Assembly: GCA_054600435.1 (NCBI GenBank)
Contig: BAAIJX010000026.1
Span: forward strand, 186,001-250,000
DNA from: Neophaeotheca triangularis
Taxonomy: Eukaryota
DNA length: 64,000 nucleotides
Direction of reading: 5' to 3'
The position numbers and the translations under genes were made by a program. How positions within the stretch are numbered: the stretch's first letter is position 1; each line of letters starts with the position of its first letter. Positions 46,176 to 58,728 of the stretch are shown piece by piece. A model generated the notes under the pieces. It was not told the DNA's origin. It made no database searches and saw nothing but the letters and a program-made list of their open reading frames with translations.

Positions 46176-46957
46176 ATGTTGCAACGTAGTAGCAGACCTC
46201 TTCTTCGTTTCTTCAACTCCCGTACTCTAGCACACTCGACCAGAAACAAACCAGCCCTATCCGCAGCAAACCAATCAACCACCAGAACAATGACGACCAT
46301 CCAGACTCTCAACTCCAAAAGGGCGATGCAGCGTCAGTATGCCCCCGTACCACCACTTGAACTTTGCACTAACACCAACCCCAGCCGTCGGCCCATACGT
46401 GAGTACCGCCAGACAAGAGCAGCAACAACAGCCCTGCCATGGCAGACAACCGGCCGCCAGCAGAAAACTAACACACCCACAGTCCCAAGCCGTCCAAGCC
46501 GGCCCCCACATCTACGTCTCAGGCCAGCTACCCGCCACGGCCGAGGGCAATCTCGTCGAGGGCAGCATCGCCGACAAGACCAGAGCCTCGTGCGAGGGCC
46601 TCAAGGCGATCCTCGAAGACGCCGGCAGCGACATCAGCCGCGTCATCAAGGTGCGATCACAGCCAGAGCTGTAGTGACGGGGAGTAAGGATAGCTAACGC
46701 CAAGTCTTAGACCACCGTTTTCTTGACCGACATGAAGGATTTTGCCGAGGCCAACTCTGTGTACGAGCAGTAAGTCAGCACCGTTTACGAGCTGGAAAAC
46801 TCGTTTCCCCCTTTCATCCATTGTCTTCGCAGTTGCTAACTCTTCTCCTTTCAGATACTTCACTCACAAGCCCGCCCGTAGCTGCGTGGCCGTGGCCCAG
46901 CTGCCCAAGGGCGTGCCCGTCGAGATCGAGGCCATTGCTCTGAGCGGCAAGGCTTGA
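46176..46957 (+). CDS. RidA/YjgF/UK114 family enamine/imine deaminase (Mmf1/Hmf1-like)
   Basis: Multi-exon; [46 protein letters not shown]; basic presequence before a second ATG at 46290. Confidence 0.93.
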
Positions 46958-47520
46958 CTGACTCGAGACGCCGAATCCACGGTTCGCTCGGCATTGTAGC
47001 CATGTCGATGCCGTGCGGTGCAGAAAGGTGCCGGTGAAGTCTAAAAAAAAAAAAAAAGTATCATGTTTAGATGAGATATGAGCCGTAATGCAAACGTTCG
47101 CAGTTGCGAGTCCACCCAACGAGCGCGGTGCGAGTTTCACATGCATCTTAAGTTGATCTCTTGGATATACGTTCCAGCAACACCGTGCTTTCGAAGTTTT
47201 GAATTCAATCCCCAGTACAATATCATACCTATCCAGACATATCCACCATCAGCCAGCGAAAAGGAAAATCAACAACATACTCCCAGCCAAAAGTAAGCGA
47301 GTGACCAAGTCGGGTATCATGCGCGCCTGAATGTCTCCAAACCCCCAAGCCCCCCTTTTTCCCACCAAAAAGTTCCATAACACCAGCCCCTCGAAGAAAA
47401 TCACTCATGCACGCAGAAACCGCGCGAAGCTCTAGCTCAGCCGCAGCAGCCCAAGACGCCCATAACCCACGACATGCCCCTACCGCAGCGCCAACCCTCC
47501 TCCACCGCAAGCCCCCCTTC

Positions 47521-47560
47521 AGCAAAGCAAAGCAAAGCAAAGCAAAGCAAAGCAAAGCAA
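47521..47560. repeat. (AGCAA)8 microsatellite
   Basis: Eight perfect pentamer copies. Confidence 0.95.
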
Positions 47561-47567
47561 AAGAAAA

Positions 47568-48792
47568 TCACCCCAACGGCACAAAAGCAAACTGCACCCC
47601 TCCCCGCCCAGGAACCGCGAGCGGGCCGGAAGAAGAAGCAGCCGAAGAAGAGGAAGGAAACTGACACTGGGGAACCATCCCAGAAGCCGCCCCAGCTCCC
47701 GCGTTCGTCGCAGCCATGGCCACAGCCGCCGAGGCTTCCAGCTCCGCCCACTTTTTCGCGCAAAGTCTCGCGGGCCAGCGCTCCGAGAGCCCGAAATCTA
47801 TCATCTAGATCGTGAGAGGCGGGTCAGCGGGTGGGATGCCAAAAAAAAAAAAGAAAAGAAAAGGAAAAAACTCACTTTCCCACTAACAATCTCCCAACGC
47901 CCCCGGTGCCAGAACTCATGCGCCCGCCTCAAAGCCTCGACGTCCCGCTGCCGCCAGACGCGGTACCGCTCCCGCAGCCGCTTGTAGCGCATCTGCAGCG
48001 CGGCGACTTGCAAGACCCGGCCGCGCTCGGTGCGGAAGCGGGTCGCGATGGCTTTCCACGGCAGCTGCTCGGCTTCCTTCAGCTGCACGAGGAATCGGTC
48101 GTCTGGGGAGAGCGGGGTGGTGTCGGTTTTGGGCTCCGAGGGGGTGCAGGCGCGTTTGTGCGGGCCCGTGGCGCTGGGGTTTGGGGTGGTGGCTTTGGGG
48201 TTGGGTTGTTGCGAGGTTGGTCGGGTGGAGGGGGGTTCTGGGTGGGGGGATTTGCGCTTTTGGCTTGGGTTTGGGGCTAGGATTGGGTATTTGTGTTGGG
48301 TTTGTGGTTGGGGTTGGTGGAGGGACGGGGGTGAGGGGGTGGTGTAGTGGGTTTCTTGAGGTTTGGCTGGGCTGTCTTGGATTGTGGTGGTGTTGGGTTG
48401 GAAAGATGGGGTTGGGAAGGTCGAGGTTGCCGGTGTGGGTTGTCCGCCTGTCGTGGTGTACTGAATGCCTAGGGCGTCGGGCATTGTCCACTGCATCGTT
48501 TCCTGTGAAGGACCGAAAGTACTGGGGCTGCTTCGCGGTCTGTTTGGTCCGCCAAATGTGGGGTCCTGGGGCCAGAAGTTGATATTGGGGATCGGAGTCG
48601 GGGTATACGACTGCCATGGTTGAGACTCGAAGGTGGACGAAGGGATGGGTGTGAGATATGTTTCGTTAGAGACGTACTGTGACCGAGTCAGAAGTCTGGT
48701 TGACAGTTGATTGGTATAGTCGACGATCGAATTGATCGTTGATCGATGCTTCTGTCAAAGCAGTTGGACATACTGAAATCGGGGCGTACCAT
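47568..48792 (-). CDS. Myb/SANT-like DNA-binding protein
   Basis: DDRFLVQLKEAEQLPWKAIATRF...LQMRYKRLRE...W...RWEIVSGK|MIDFG...LCAKKW; intron 47805-47875. Start uncertain: ATG 48792 followed by intron 48677-48789, or ATG 48496. Confidence 0.75.
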
Positions 48793-50796
48793 TCATTGCT
48801 GATGAGATCGGGAAACACATCTTCACACACTTGTTCGGGGTCGATGATCCCAGACACGTTGGAGTATTTCTGACCAGAAGACATGATAGGAAATCAGGTC
48901 GATGTTGTTGTTGGTGACAAGGCCTCATCTACGGGAGGATCAAAAGAAGAACGAGTAATGTTGAGGAGGGTTTGGGGGTAAAGGCTTGCGGGAAGCCTTG
49001 GGGGAACACTGCCTTGAGTGCTCGAAGGGGGAGTTGGGGTTGGATTTGTAGGATTCGAGTGTCACCACCCATAATGGCGATGCATGATGGTCAGCTTAGA
49101 TCTGCCTTTGAGTGAATGTCCAGCACCATGCGGCGCACAGGCCCCTCCTTGAGGCTTAGGTACATTCCTCGTTACCGGCAAGTTTGAGAGGAGTTAAGGT
49201 TATTCTGGGAATGCATCAATGAGCTGTGCCTCGTTCCATGGGGACGGAGCGGCTCTTTCCCTTGCAAAAGCCGCGAGGGAACGTTCAGCTAAGCTACCTA
49301 CCTACCTACCTACCTTATTAGGTGCCTGAGCGGCTCTGACGGGCGAGGTATAGGTCGAGTCGGCAGAGAGTGTGCTGACTACTACCAGGTACCCTACCTA
49401 AGGTACCTAACCTTTAGGTACTAGTATGCACGTTTCAGTGCGGCTCACCCCATGCTACCAACGTCGAGTGTCTTGCTCGAGCTAAGGTACCTGGCGATAT
49501 ATTATTGTAGCCGCCCGGGGCTTAGCAAGCTGCCCTACATATTATAAAAGCACATGCAGCCTTGTGAAGCGAACCACTGCCACAACGTGTAAGAACGGGC
49601 CGTTGTGCAAGCTCACAATAATAACAATAACAATAATGAGTGGATGAGGTGGTAGGTAGAGCAGATCCATAATATTCCATTATTATTGTGACTGGACCGA
49701 AAGACTCAAGTGGCTGCGCGTGGAGAAAGGCGCGGCTCGAGGGCGGGCAGGGCAGAAGAGACGGTTGGTGTACCTTATGTGCTGTGCTATTCGCGTCACT
49801 CTCTTGCATATCTCCAATGCACCTAGTAAGTAAGATACATGGCTGTCTCTAGGTGAGGTAGCTACACGTTATGCCTGAGACGGAACGTTGCTAAAATACA
49901 AAAATACATGCAAATATCATGGCTATTTAACGTGCTATATTCGGACGTTTCATCTTTGATCCTTCCGCTAAATTACCTGCGCGTCGGGCTTTTTTGATCC
50001 GTGGCTGAGTGGACGTCCTTCTTTGAAGGCGACGGGACTCAGGCGAGTGAAGAGGCTCAAATACGCCTTGCCTTCTATCATTTAGTCAATCAATCAACCA
50101 CTCAACCAACAATCCAAAGCCGACTCCTCAACACCATCGACCAAACAGCGTCCCCAGCGAGCCACTCTCAAGAACCACAACGATACCCCCTCCCCACTGG
50201 CTCCACCAACCCCACGCTAGCTCCAGGACCTTCTTCGCTCCCAGCCTTAACCTACTTACCTCTATAGCTCCTTCGCGAGCAAAAAGTATGTAGACAGCGA
50301 AACCAGCATCTTCCGCCACCGGCAAAGAGCTGGGAATCCCCCGCTCGACGCTCCCTCCTCTAACGTCCCCGGCGCGCGCCCAAGGGGGGGGGGGGGGGGG
50401 GTCCACTTTCCTATCGCCATTGGGTCTTACACACTACCTAGCTAGCCCATGGACGTTTTTTTTTTCGCCAGGGCCCCTTGGCCTCTTGGCACTCGAGTCT
50501 GCAAGAAGTCGAGGGATGAGAGGATCTCGCCGGGGACGACACAGTTGGAAAGCGTCTAGGTTTGCATCCTCGCACGGTGGAGCAGTGACCGTGGCGAGCT
50601 GATCCGCGAAAGCCCGGGTCCCCTACTCCACGGTGAGAAAAGAGGGAAGGAAGAGAAGGGCACAGGAACCGGCGTGGTAAATGAAGAAGAAGAAGAAGAA
50701 TCGATTTCATTCACAGACATGCAAACAAAGTACACCCGCCACTATGCCCAAAACCCACAAACAGCTCCCTCACCCGGTACATCACCCGCCCCTCTA

Positions 50797-52647
50797 TCAA
50801 TACAAATCCGTCACAGCACCATGACTAGCATCGCCAACCAAGCGCGCATACTTAGCCAAAACGCCCCTAGTCACAGGCATAGCGGGCGCGCGCCACGCTT
50901 GCAAGCGCTTCTGCAACTCCTCGGCACTGACATCGACATCGATGCGGTTCGCGTCGGCGTCGATGGTGATGGTGTCGCCGTCCTGGACGACGGCAATGGG
51001 ACCGCCGGCCGCGGCCTCGGGGACAATGTGGCCGACGATGAAACCGTGGCTGGCGCCGCTGTAGCGGCCGTCGGTGATGAGGGCGATGTTCTTCAGCCCG
51101 GCGCCGATGATGCTGGCCGAGGCGCGCAGTTGCTCCGGCATGCCCGGCCCGCCTTTGGGGCCTTCGTACCGCACCACCAGGACCAGGTTTTCTGTTCGCG
51201 GTATCTCGCCGCGGTTCAGGGCGCGGTCCAGCTCGACTTCTTTGTTGAAGACGCGTGCTTTGCCCGTGAAGGACATGCCTTCTTTGCCGGTGATTTTGGC
51301 CACGGCGCCGCCCGGGGCGATGTTGCCGTAGAGGACTTCTAGGTGGCCCGAGGGCTTGATCGGGTTGGAGAGGTCGCGGATGATGACTTGGTCTTGTTTT
51401 AGCGAGGGCCAGGATTCGACGTTTTGCGCCAGGGTTTTGCCCGTGATGGTCGGCGTGTTGCCGTTGAGGAGGCCGGCGGCGAGAAGGAGCTTTTGTACTG
51501 ACGGGATGCCGCCAATGTCGTACAGGTCGGCCATGAGGTATTTTCCAGATGGGGCCAGGTCGGCGATGAAGGGGATGCGGTCGGAGATTTTTTGAAAGTC
51601 GTCGAGGGTTAGGTCGACATCGGCTGTGTTGGCCATGGCGAGGAGGTGGAGTACGCCGTTTGTGCTGCCGCCCAGGGCCATCATCATCACGAGGGCGTTC
51701 TCAAACGAGGCTTTGGTCAGGCAGTCTCTCGGCAGGATTTGCTGCTCCATGCAGGTCCGCACTGCTTCGGCGGCTTTGGCACATTCGCGCATCTTGGCTG
51801 GGGAGGCTGCGGGTGTGCTCGAGGAGCCTGGGAGGGACAGCCCGAGGGTCTCGATTGCCATTGCCATGGTGTTGGCTGTGAACATGCCACCACAAGCGCC
51901 TTTACCCGGGCAGGCTTTCTTTTCGATTTCAGAGAGAATTTCGTCTTTGGTTTGCGCGGGATTGTGGGGGTTCTTCAAAGTGTCGTAGATGTAGGCTCCA
52001 TGAGCTTCGAGCGCCGTAGTGATATTGATGTCCTTTCGAAGGGAATCCGAGTAGCCTGGGTTGATAGTGCCGCCATAGATCATCAGCCCCGGGCGATTGT
52101 GACGAGCCATGGCCATGATACAGCCAGGCATGTTCTTGTCGCAACCGGGGATAGTTATGCATGCTGCTCATGGTGTTAGCAAAGTCCCCTTCTGTCTATG
52201 GAGCCAGGTAGGATTGCCGTCATGATGTTGAGCGCACGTAACCGTCTCAATGCTGTCGGCAATCAACTCCCTCGACTGCAGACTAAACCGCATGCCCTCG
52301 CCGCCCATAGTAATCCCATCCGAAACACCAACGGTATTATACTGCCAAGCCAGCATATCCTGCTTCTCCACGGCCTTCTTCACCTCCCTCCCCAAGTCCA
52401 AGAGATGTGTATTGCAAGGATTGCCCTCCCACCAGACGCTTGCGATCCCTACTTGCGGGAAAGTCTTGAGAGTCTTTTCGTCGGGGACGCCAGCCGCGTA
52501 CAGCATGGCTTGCGCGGCGGGGAAGTCATGTTCGCGGGTGATGGTTGAGGAATATTTGTTCAGCCCGCTACCGGGTTTGGAGTGCTGGAAGGTTAGGAAA
52601 CGGGGTTCCTCGGGCTCGCGTTGTTTTTGGAGGTTAGAGGGGTCCAT
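50797..52647 (-). CDS. Dihydroxy-acid dehydratase family (ILV3 paralogue without mitochondrial presequence)
   Basis: [33 protein letters not shown] (across GC-AG intron 52164-52217), [40 protein letters not shown]. Confidence 0.95.
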
Positions 52648-53138
52648 GGTGGTGGTAGTGGTTGCGGTGGTGGTGTTTGGGGGGCTCCCTCGGCGAGTTC
52701 GAAGGGCAAGGGAGGATTGGACTATGAGGGAGGAAGCGTAGAGAGAGGGAAGGTTCTGATAGTTGTAGGTACAGAAGGGAGCAACACTTACCAAGGCAAA
52801 CTTACCGGGAGCGAATAAGAGGCCTTTTGATGACTCCGTTTTTGCGCCTCATGCTGGGCATATAGTGGTGGTTGTGTGGGGAGTGGAGAGGGGAGCTTCA
52901 CGAACCCCGCCATGTCCACCAAGCATTGACCGAGATCGGGAGAAGGTCGTCCGACTGGCGTGGGACTCCCACGGAAATTGTGTGGGATAGGGTTAGTAGC
53001 GGTAGCTGATGTTGATGAATCCGGTGTTGCAGCTGGTTCGATGTGCCAGTTTGTGTCGGACTGGAAGTTGTCGCGTAGTATATGATAGACGAGCTCTCGC
53101 AGGCCTGGCCGAGTTGAAGACAGAGCGAGTTTAAGTCT

Positions 53139-54378
53139 CTACCTGCCAAACGTACCAGTATTCTCCTGCCACTCCTCAGCACTACTGCCAACGACAGTAC
53201 CCTCAACAGCACCATTAGCCTGTCCTCTCTTCGCGGCCCCATCATTTCGCGGAGCCTTACTTCCCCCATCCTCGTCTTCATCCTCGAAATGCGCCGGATC
53301 CACCATCTGCGCATCCCTATCCGCATGGCCCTGATGCTCCACAAGCGTATCATCGGCACTAACCGATATCCCTCTAGCACCCCAATTACGCTCATGTCTC
53401 AAAACCCCACTCTCCAACCCTTCCTCCTCCTCCTCCTCATCAGCCCCATCCCCATCTTCCCCCTGGCTCCCACCCCTCCTCCCGATAAATCTTCGAACCA
53501 AATAACTCTTACTCAAATCATCCCCGTCCACGACACCGCCGCCGCGTAACTTGACGCGCTGTCGTGTCCAGTAGACCCATGCGAAGTCGATGTAAAAGAG
53601 TGTCTGGATGATGCCAAAGATGACGGAGACGGGGGAGACCCAGCCGCCCGTCGCGCTGCGCCAGATCCAGTTCACGATGTAGAAGAAGCGATATGAGCCG
53701 AGGGTTACGAGGTAGAAGGAGTCGAGGACGGTGGGGACGGAGGTCTGCCGAAGGAGTAGGAGTTGTGGCAGCACGCAGACGGATTCGAGGATGATGCTGA
53801 AGATCCAGCAGAGCTGTTTGGTGGTGTTTAGTTGGAAAGCCGGGTTTGCCTAGAGTAGGGATTGAATGTAGCGCTTACCTCAAGAAACGACGGCCTGAAA
53901 TGCCAAAACCCAACGTTCCACTTCCCGACCACAGATTCAAAAGCAAAGACACCCACCGCAGTGCCCAAACTGCCGCCCAGACACCACATGGCCAACTTCC
54001 AGGCGCGCTCCCTTTCTCGCGTACGCGCATAAACCCGCATCATCAAGTAAACAATGTAAGCGGAGCTAACGGGGTAGAAGATCTTGAGGACGAAATTCCA
54101 GTAGCTGATGTGTGGTGCGGTTACGAAGATGTCGAGGTAGCGGGTGCAGAAGACGAGGATGTAGAGGAGTTGGGTTAGGAGCGAGACGCCTTCGGCGCTG
54201 CGGTTGGAGTGGATGGCCCAGATCAGGATGAGTTTGGAGGTTGTGTGGGAGACGTCGGCGAGAATGCGGAAGACCTGGAGGGGGGATTGGGGGTGTTAGT
54301 TCGTAGTTTGGAAGGGGAGGGGGGGGGGTGGGGGGTACAGTGGGAGTCTCGTACGTTCATGTCAACGCCTCCTGCCAT
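53139..54378 (-). CDS. ER lumen protein-retaining receptor family (ERD2-like) with acidic C-terminal extension
   Basis: Introns 54275-54354 and 53814-53878; MNVFRILADVSH, SAEGVSLLTQ, TRYLD, FSIILESVCVLPQL, LGSYRFFYIVNW. Confidence 0.9.
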
Positions 54379-55132
54379 GGTGGGCTGGAAGGTGGGCTTG
54401 TGTGCCTAGTCGAGGGACGGGGGGGAGGGGGAGAGGGCGGGTCGTTCTACTGGCGCACTTTGGGGTTATGTCAGTAGTTTGCGCATGCGCTGTTGGGAGG
54501 CAATGAAGTGTAGGTAGGAAAACTTGAGGAAGAGTAGATAAGGTGGTTAGGAAGGTGGGTAGGTAGTATTGGTAGTATGTTGATGCCTATCTTGACTTGG
54601 TAGTAGCTAAGGAGGCTAAGGTACACCTGCAGTACACGGAATGACGTGGCCAGGAGCTGGCCTGGGGTACCTACCTACCTAAGTATTGACTTAACTTAAC
54701 AGGACTTTAGGTAAGGTCTTACCTAACTTACCTTAGAGTCTTACCCGACCCTCTCTTAAATATTGAACTGTTCTACCCGCCTTTCCCGTATCTATCTACC
54801 GATTTTGACTGACTCTTAGGTACTGAAGACAAAGCGACAGTGGATGCAATCTGTACAGTACATACACTTACAGTAGACGCCTCTCGTGTGCAATTGAGCG
54901 TCTTGTCAGTCAGGGCTGTCAGGGCTGTCACGCTGTCACTGCCTGTTAGCCCTAAGTCTATAGCTGAATGGCAAATGCCACTCCTTGACGCGAATGACGG
55001 GAGGTGGGGAGGCCCCGCCCTGCTTATATATATACATATATTTATATATATATTCATGTGTATCCCCGTCCTTCTTCATTCCTTGACATTTCCCTACCTC
55101 TCACATATTCATCATATCCAACACTATTCACC

Positions 55133-56578
55133 ATGACCAGTAACGGCACCCAGCACAACGGCCCCGTCCCTCTGTGGATCAATGGCGAAGAAGTCACCAC
55201 TTCCACAACCTTTGATGTCGTCAGCCCAACAAACTCCCAAAAGCTCTGGACTTCCTCCTCAGCCTCTACCAAGGAAGCCACCCAAGCCGTCGAGTCTTCC
55301 CAAAATGCCTTCAAGTCATGGCGCCACACCAAACCAGCTCAAATCCGCACCATCCTCCTCAAAGCCGCAGACATCATGGAATCCCGCCAAGACGAATTGC
55401 TCTCCTACATGAAGCAAGAAACCGGCGCCCTCGACGCCTTTGGCGGCTTCAACACCACCACCACCATTGAAAATCTCCGCGATGTCGCCGGCAGAGTCAG
55501 CAGCATCATGGGCTGCATCCCAACCACCCAGCAACCGGGCACCGGTAGCTTCGTCTTCAAAGAACCCTACGGCGTCGTCCTCGGCATCGCCCCCTGGAAT
55601 GCTCCCTACATCCTCGGATCCCGTGCTTTCCTCTACGCCCTCGCCGCCGGCAACACGGTCGTCTTCAAAGGCAGCGAACTCTGCCCCCGCACCTTCTGGG
55701 CACTAGGCAGCATCATGCACGCCGCCGGTCTCCCCCCAGGCGTCCTCAACATCCTTTACCACCAACCCTCCGACGCCGCCGCCGTCACAAATACCCTGAT
55801 CGAGCACCCCGCCATCCGCAAAGTAAACTTCACCGGCTCTACCGCCGTCGGCCAGATCATCGCAACCTCGGCCGCCCGCTCCCTCAAACCCGTACTCATG
55901 GAACTCGGCGGCAAAGCCAGCGCCATCGTCTGCTCCGACGCCGACGTCTCCAAAGCAGCCATGCAATGCGCCCTCGGCTCCTTCCTACACGCGGGACAAA
56001 TCTGCATGGCCACCGAACGCATCCTAGTCCACCGATCCATCCTCCCAGCCTTCCAAAAAGCCCTCAAAGACGCCGCCGAAAAAGTCTACGCCCCTGCATC
56101 CGATGCTCCCGTCCTAGTAGCCAAGGCCACGGTCGAGAAGAACGCCAAACTCACCCAAGACGCCGTCGACAAGGGCGCGCAACTCGTCTACGGCGACCTA
56201 CACAACCCGGACCCGCAAAACTACCGCATGCGGCCCATCATCCTCGCGGACGTGAAACCGGACATGGACATCTTCTACACCGAGTCCTTTGGCCCGTCGG
56301 TCAGCCTGATCGCCGTGGACAGCGATGAGCAAGCCATCGACATCGCCAACGATACCGAGTATGGTTTGTCTGGAGCTGTTTTTACCGAGTCTTTGGCTCG
56401 CGGTTTGAGGATTGCCCGAGCCGTGGACAGCGGCGCGGTGCATGTCAACAGTATGAGTGTGCATGACGAGGCGGGTTTGCCGCACGGGGGTGTTAAGAAG
56501 AGTGGATGGGGCAGGTTCAATGGGCATTGGGGCTTGGACGAGTTTTTGAAGTTGAAGACTGTCACCTATCAGGAGTAG
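55133..56578 (+). CDS. Aldehyde dehydrogenase (salicylaldehyde/vanillin dehydrogenase-like)
   Basis: GIAPWNAP, FTGSTAVG, MELGGK, GQICMATER, ESFGP, PHGGVKKSGWGRF. Confidence 0.95.
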   Translation: MTSNGTQHNGPVPLWINGEEVTTSTTFDVVSPTNSQKLWTSSSASTKEATQAVESSQNAFKSWRHTKPAQIRTILLKAADIMESRQDELLSYMKQETGALDAFGGFNTTTTIENLRDVAGRVSSIMGCIPTTQQPGTGSFVFKEPYGVVLGIAPWNAPYILGSRAFLYALAAGNTVVFKGSELCPRTFWALGSIMHAAGLPPGVLNILYHQPSDAAAVTNTLIEHPAIRKVNFTGSTAVGQIIATSAARSLKPVLMELGGKASAIVCSDADVSKAAMQCALGSFLHAGQICMATERILVHRSILPAFQKALKDAAEKVYAPASDAPVLVAKATVEKNAKLTQDAVDKGAQLVYGDLHNPDPQNYRMRPIILADVKPDMDIFYTESFGPSVSLIAVDSDEQAIDIANDTEYGLSGAVFTESLARGLRIARAVDSGAVHVNSMSVHDEAGLPHGGVKKSGWGRFNGHWGLDEFLKLKTVTYQE

Positions 56579-57080
56579 AGTGGGGTTGGTGGAAGGAAGT
56601 GATGGCGGGATGCGAAGGTACTGGCTTTGAAGGGTTTCTGGCGTCATTGAGGCTCGTGAAGCTGGCGAGTAGTCTGCCCCCTCTTCTATTCATCGAACGG
56701 CGACATTCTTTTGCCTCCCGCCTGAGGTCTTCCCGTTCTCTCTTATTCTCCCTCTGTCCCTCTCTTCCGCCCACAGCTCGGCAGAGCCAAACTCGCAACC
56801 CAAGCCCCACCTGCCACCTATCCAACCCACTCAACCTTCAACCAAGAACCCGCAAAACAGAATAATGCCCAAAGCCATTCCACGCTCCCGCACAGACCGT
56901 GCCCCGGCCACTTCGCAAAAAAAAAAAAAAAAAAAAAGAACCCTTCGCTCCTGTCATCCAGCCACCCAAGAATCCACGACTTGCAATCGAGCAGCTACCG
57001 ACCGACCGGTTGCGAACGAGAAGACCAAATAAATAGGGGAAAATCCCGACCCGCTCGCCAGAGGGTTTTGATCGTCGATG

Positions 57081-57108
57081 GACTGGACTGGACTGGACTG
57101 GACTGGAC
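57081..57108. repeat. (GACTG)5 microsatellite
   Basis: Tandem pentamer copies. Confidence 0.9.
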
Positions 57109-57392
57109 CGAACTGCTCTGTGCGCAGGCCTGAGAGTTCGAGGCGGCGGGGGTTGGCTTCGTTGTCTTGCTGTGCTTTCTTCTTCTTCTTTTTTTGTTCG
57201 GTTCGGAAGTGCGTTTGGGTAGCTGGGGGAGGGAGGATGGGAGCGCTTCCCGTTAATGCTGTGCAGTCAGTCTCTGGGTAAAGAAATCTAACTAGTGAGC
57301 CGGATGCTTGCAGCTGCTGAGCCACTTGAAGGCCTGAGTGCCTAAAGGCCTTTATCCGGGTGAGACTCTTGAAGCTGCGTTTGACGAGGAGG

Positions 57393-57890
57393 GCTCAGGA
57401 CCTAGAGGAAGCCGGTGACCCAAAGACCAGACCTGATGGTCCAAAAGCTGCGATTGCTGAGGGGCTTCAAGGCCTTGAGGAAGCCGGTGACCTGAAAACT
57501 GCCCCGAAGACCCCAAAGGCTGGCTTTGCTGGGTTGGCTCAAGACCCGAGGGGAAAACTGTCAACCTAAATTCTTGCGCCCGGTCTTTCGATTGCCTGCA
57601 TCTGCTCAGCCGTCTCAAGACCTGCAGGAGAACGCTAGGAGCCCAAAGTCTACACCCGATACCCTAGATACTGGCTTTGCCGAGATGGCTTAAGACACTT
57701 GAGGAGAAAGCCCGCAACCTAAAGCCTGCACTCAGCACCCTAAAGGCTGCATCTACTAAGGGCCTCAAAAGTCAAGACCTTGAGTACTAGAGTCTGTATC
57801 TAAACCCCTAAAGGCTGTATCTACCAAGGCGACTCAAGATCTCGGGGATAAAGCCCATAACCTAAAAGCTACCCCTGACTCTATACCTCC
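57393..57890 (+). repeat. Degenerate tandem array of about seven 72-75 nt units, likely a coding relic
   Basis: GAGGAAGCCGGTGACC recurs at 57405 and 57477 (72 nt apart); later units share CAAGACC...CC(C/T)AAAG...GCTG; translates to AQDLEEAGDPK..P..PKA..A with stops and frameshifts. Confidence 0.7.
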
Positions 57891-58728
57891 AGACCTGCCT
57901 ACTACGCGGGCCTCCTAGCCTCCCACTTCTACTGCCAAGGTCAAGGCCGAAGAGTTCGACGACGACAACCCCCTAGACCTCCTTCCAGACGAGGTCGAGC
58001 AGCCTTTCGACGCGAGTCAAACCCTGTCTGCTACGCGGACCTCACAGTTCCCCCTCTTCTCCTGTCCTGGTCAAGACCCAAGACTCCAATGACGACGACC
58101 ACTACGCTCCTTCAGACAAAGTTTTATTTGCTCGAGCCTGCCTAAAGCTGCAGGAGAGTTCTTGGACTCGGGACGTTCGTTGGGGATACGTGCTTAGAGG
58201 TTTGACAGCATGTCAAATGGCCGGGAGGCTACAATGGCACTGACACTTGGTGGGTTACTAACGTTGGATGACTAGCGCTGTCATGTGGAGAGGGGGAGAA
58301 GGATGGCTTCGGCGACGAGCAAGTGATGTGCAAGTTAGACCGTGCTAGATCTGTCGCTGCGGAGCGTTCGCCGAGATTTGAGTATGGCTTGCCGGATAGG
58401 CTTGGGAGGTTGTGTGAGAGGTGCCTGGGGAGATGTGTGTAAGATTGGTTTCGCTTTGGTAGCACATTCCCCTGAGACTGTACTGAGTAGTCGTTTCCGT
58501 GTGCTGAAGGTGTTTCATATCGCAGCTTATCTTATTCTATGCGAAGGAAGGGAGCCAAAGGAGCTTTGAACGGAAGGGCATGAATACTTGTACAGGCAAG
58601 AGATATCACTATTCATCCAAACCATGCCACTGCTTCCATCCTCAAGCCATTTCCTCACACTTACAACCATGGCACCGAACTCGATCTCTCCCGCGCTCGA
58701 ACTACATCCTCGACTCTCTAGCTCCAAC

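Noticed and set aside
50253..50261. U1 snRNA 5' end (TACTTACCT)
   Set aside because: No U1 stem-loops or Sm site follow on the + strand; better read as a minus-strand 5' splice site.
48900..50700. Telomerase RNA candidate (Sm-like site next to a splice donor)
   Set aside because: I found no TAACCCTAA-type template, and only about 540 nt lie between the donor and the upstream gene's stop, too short for known filamentous-fungal telomerase RNAs.
57393..57890. CRISPR-like periodicity (72 nt)
   Set aside because: Whole units are homologous and degenerate rather than constant repeats with unique spacers; eukaryotic context and no cas genes.
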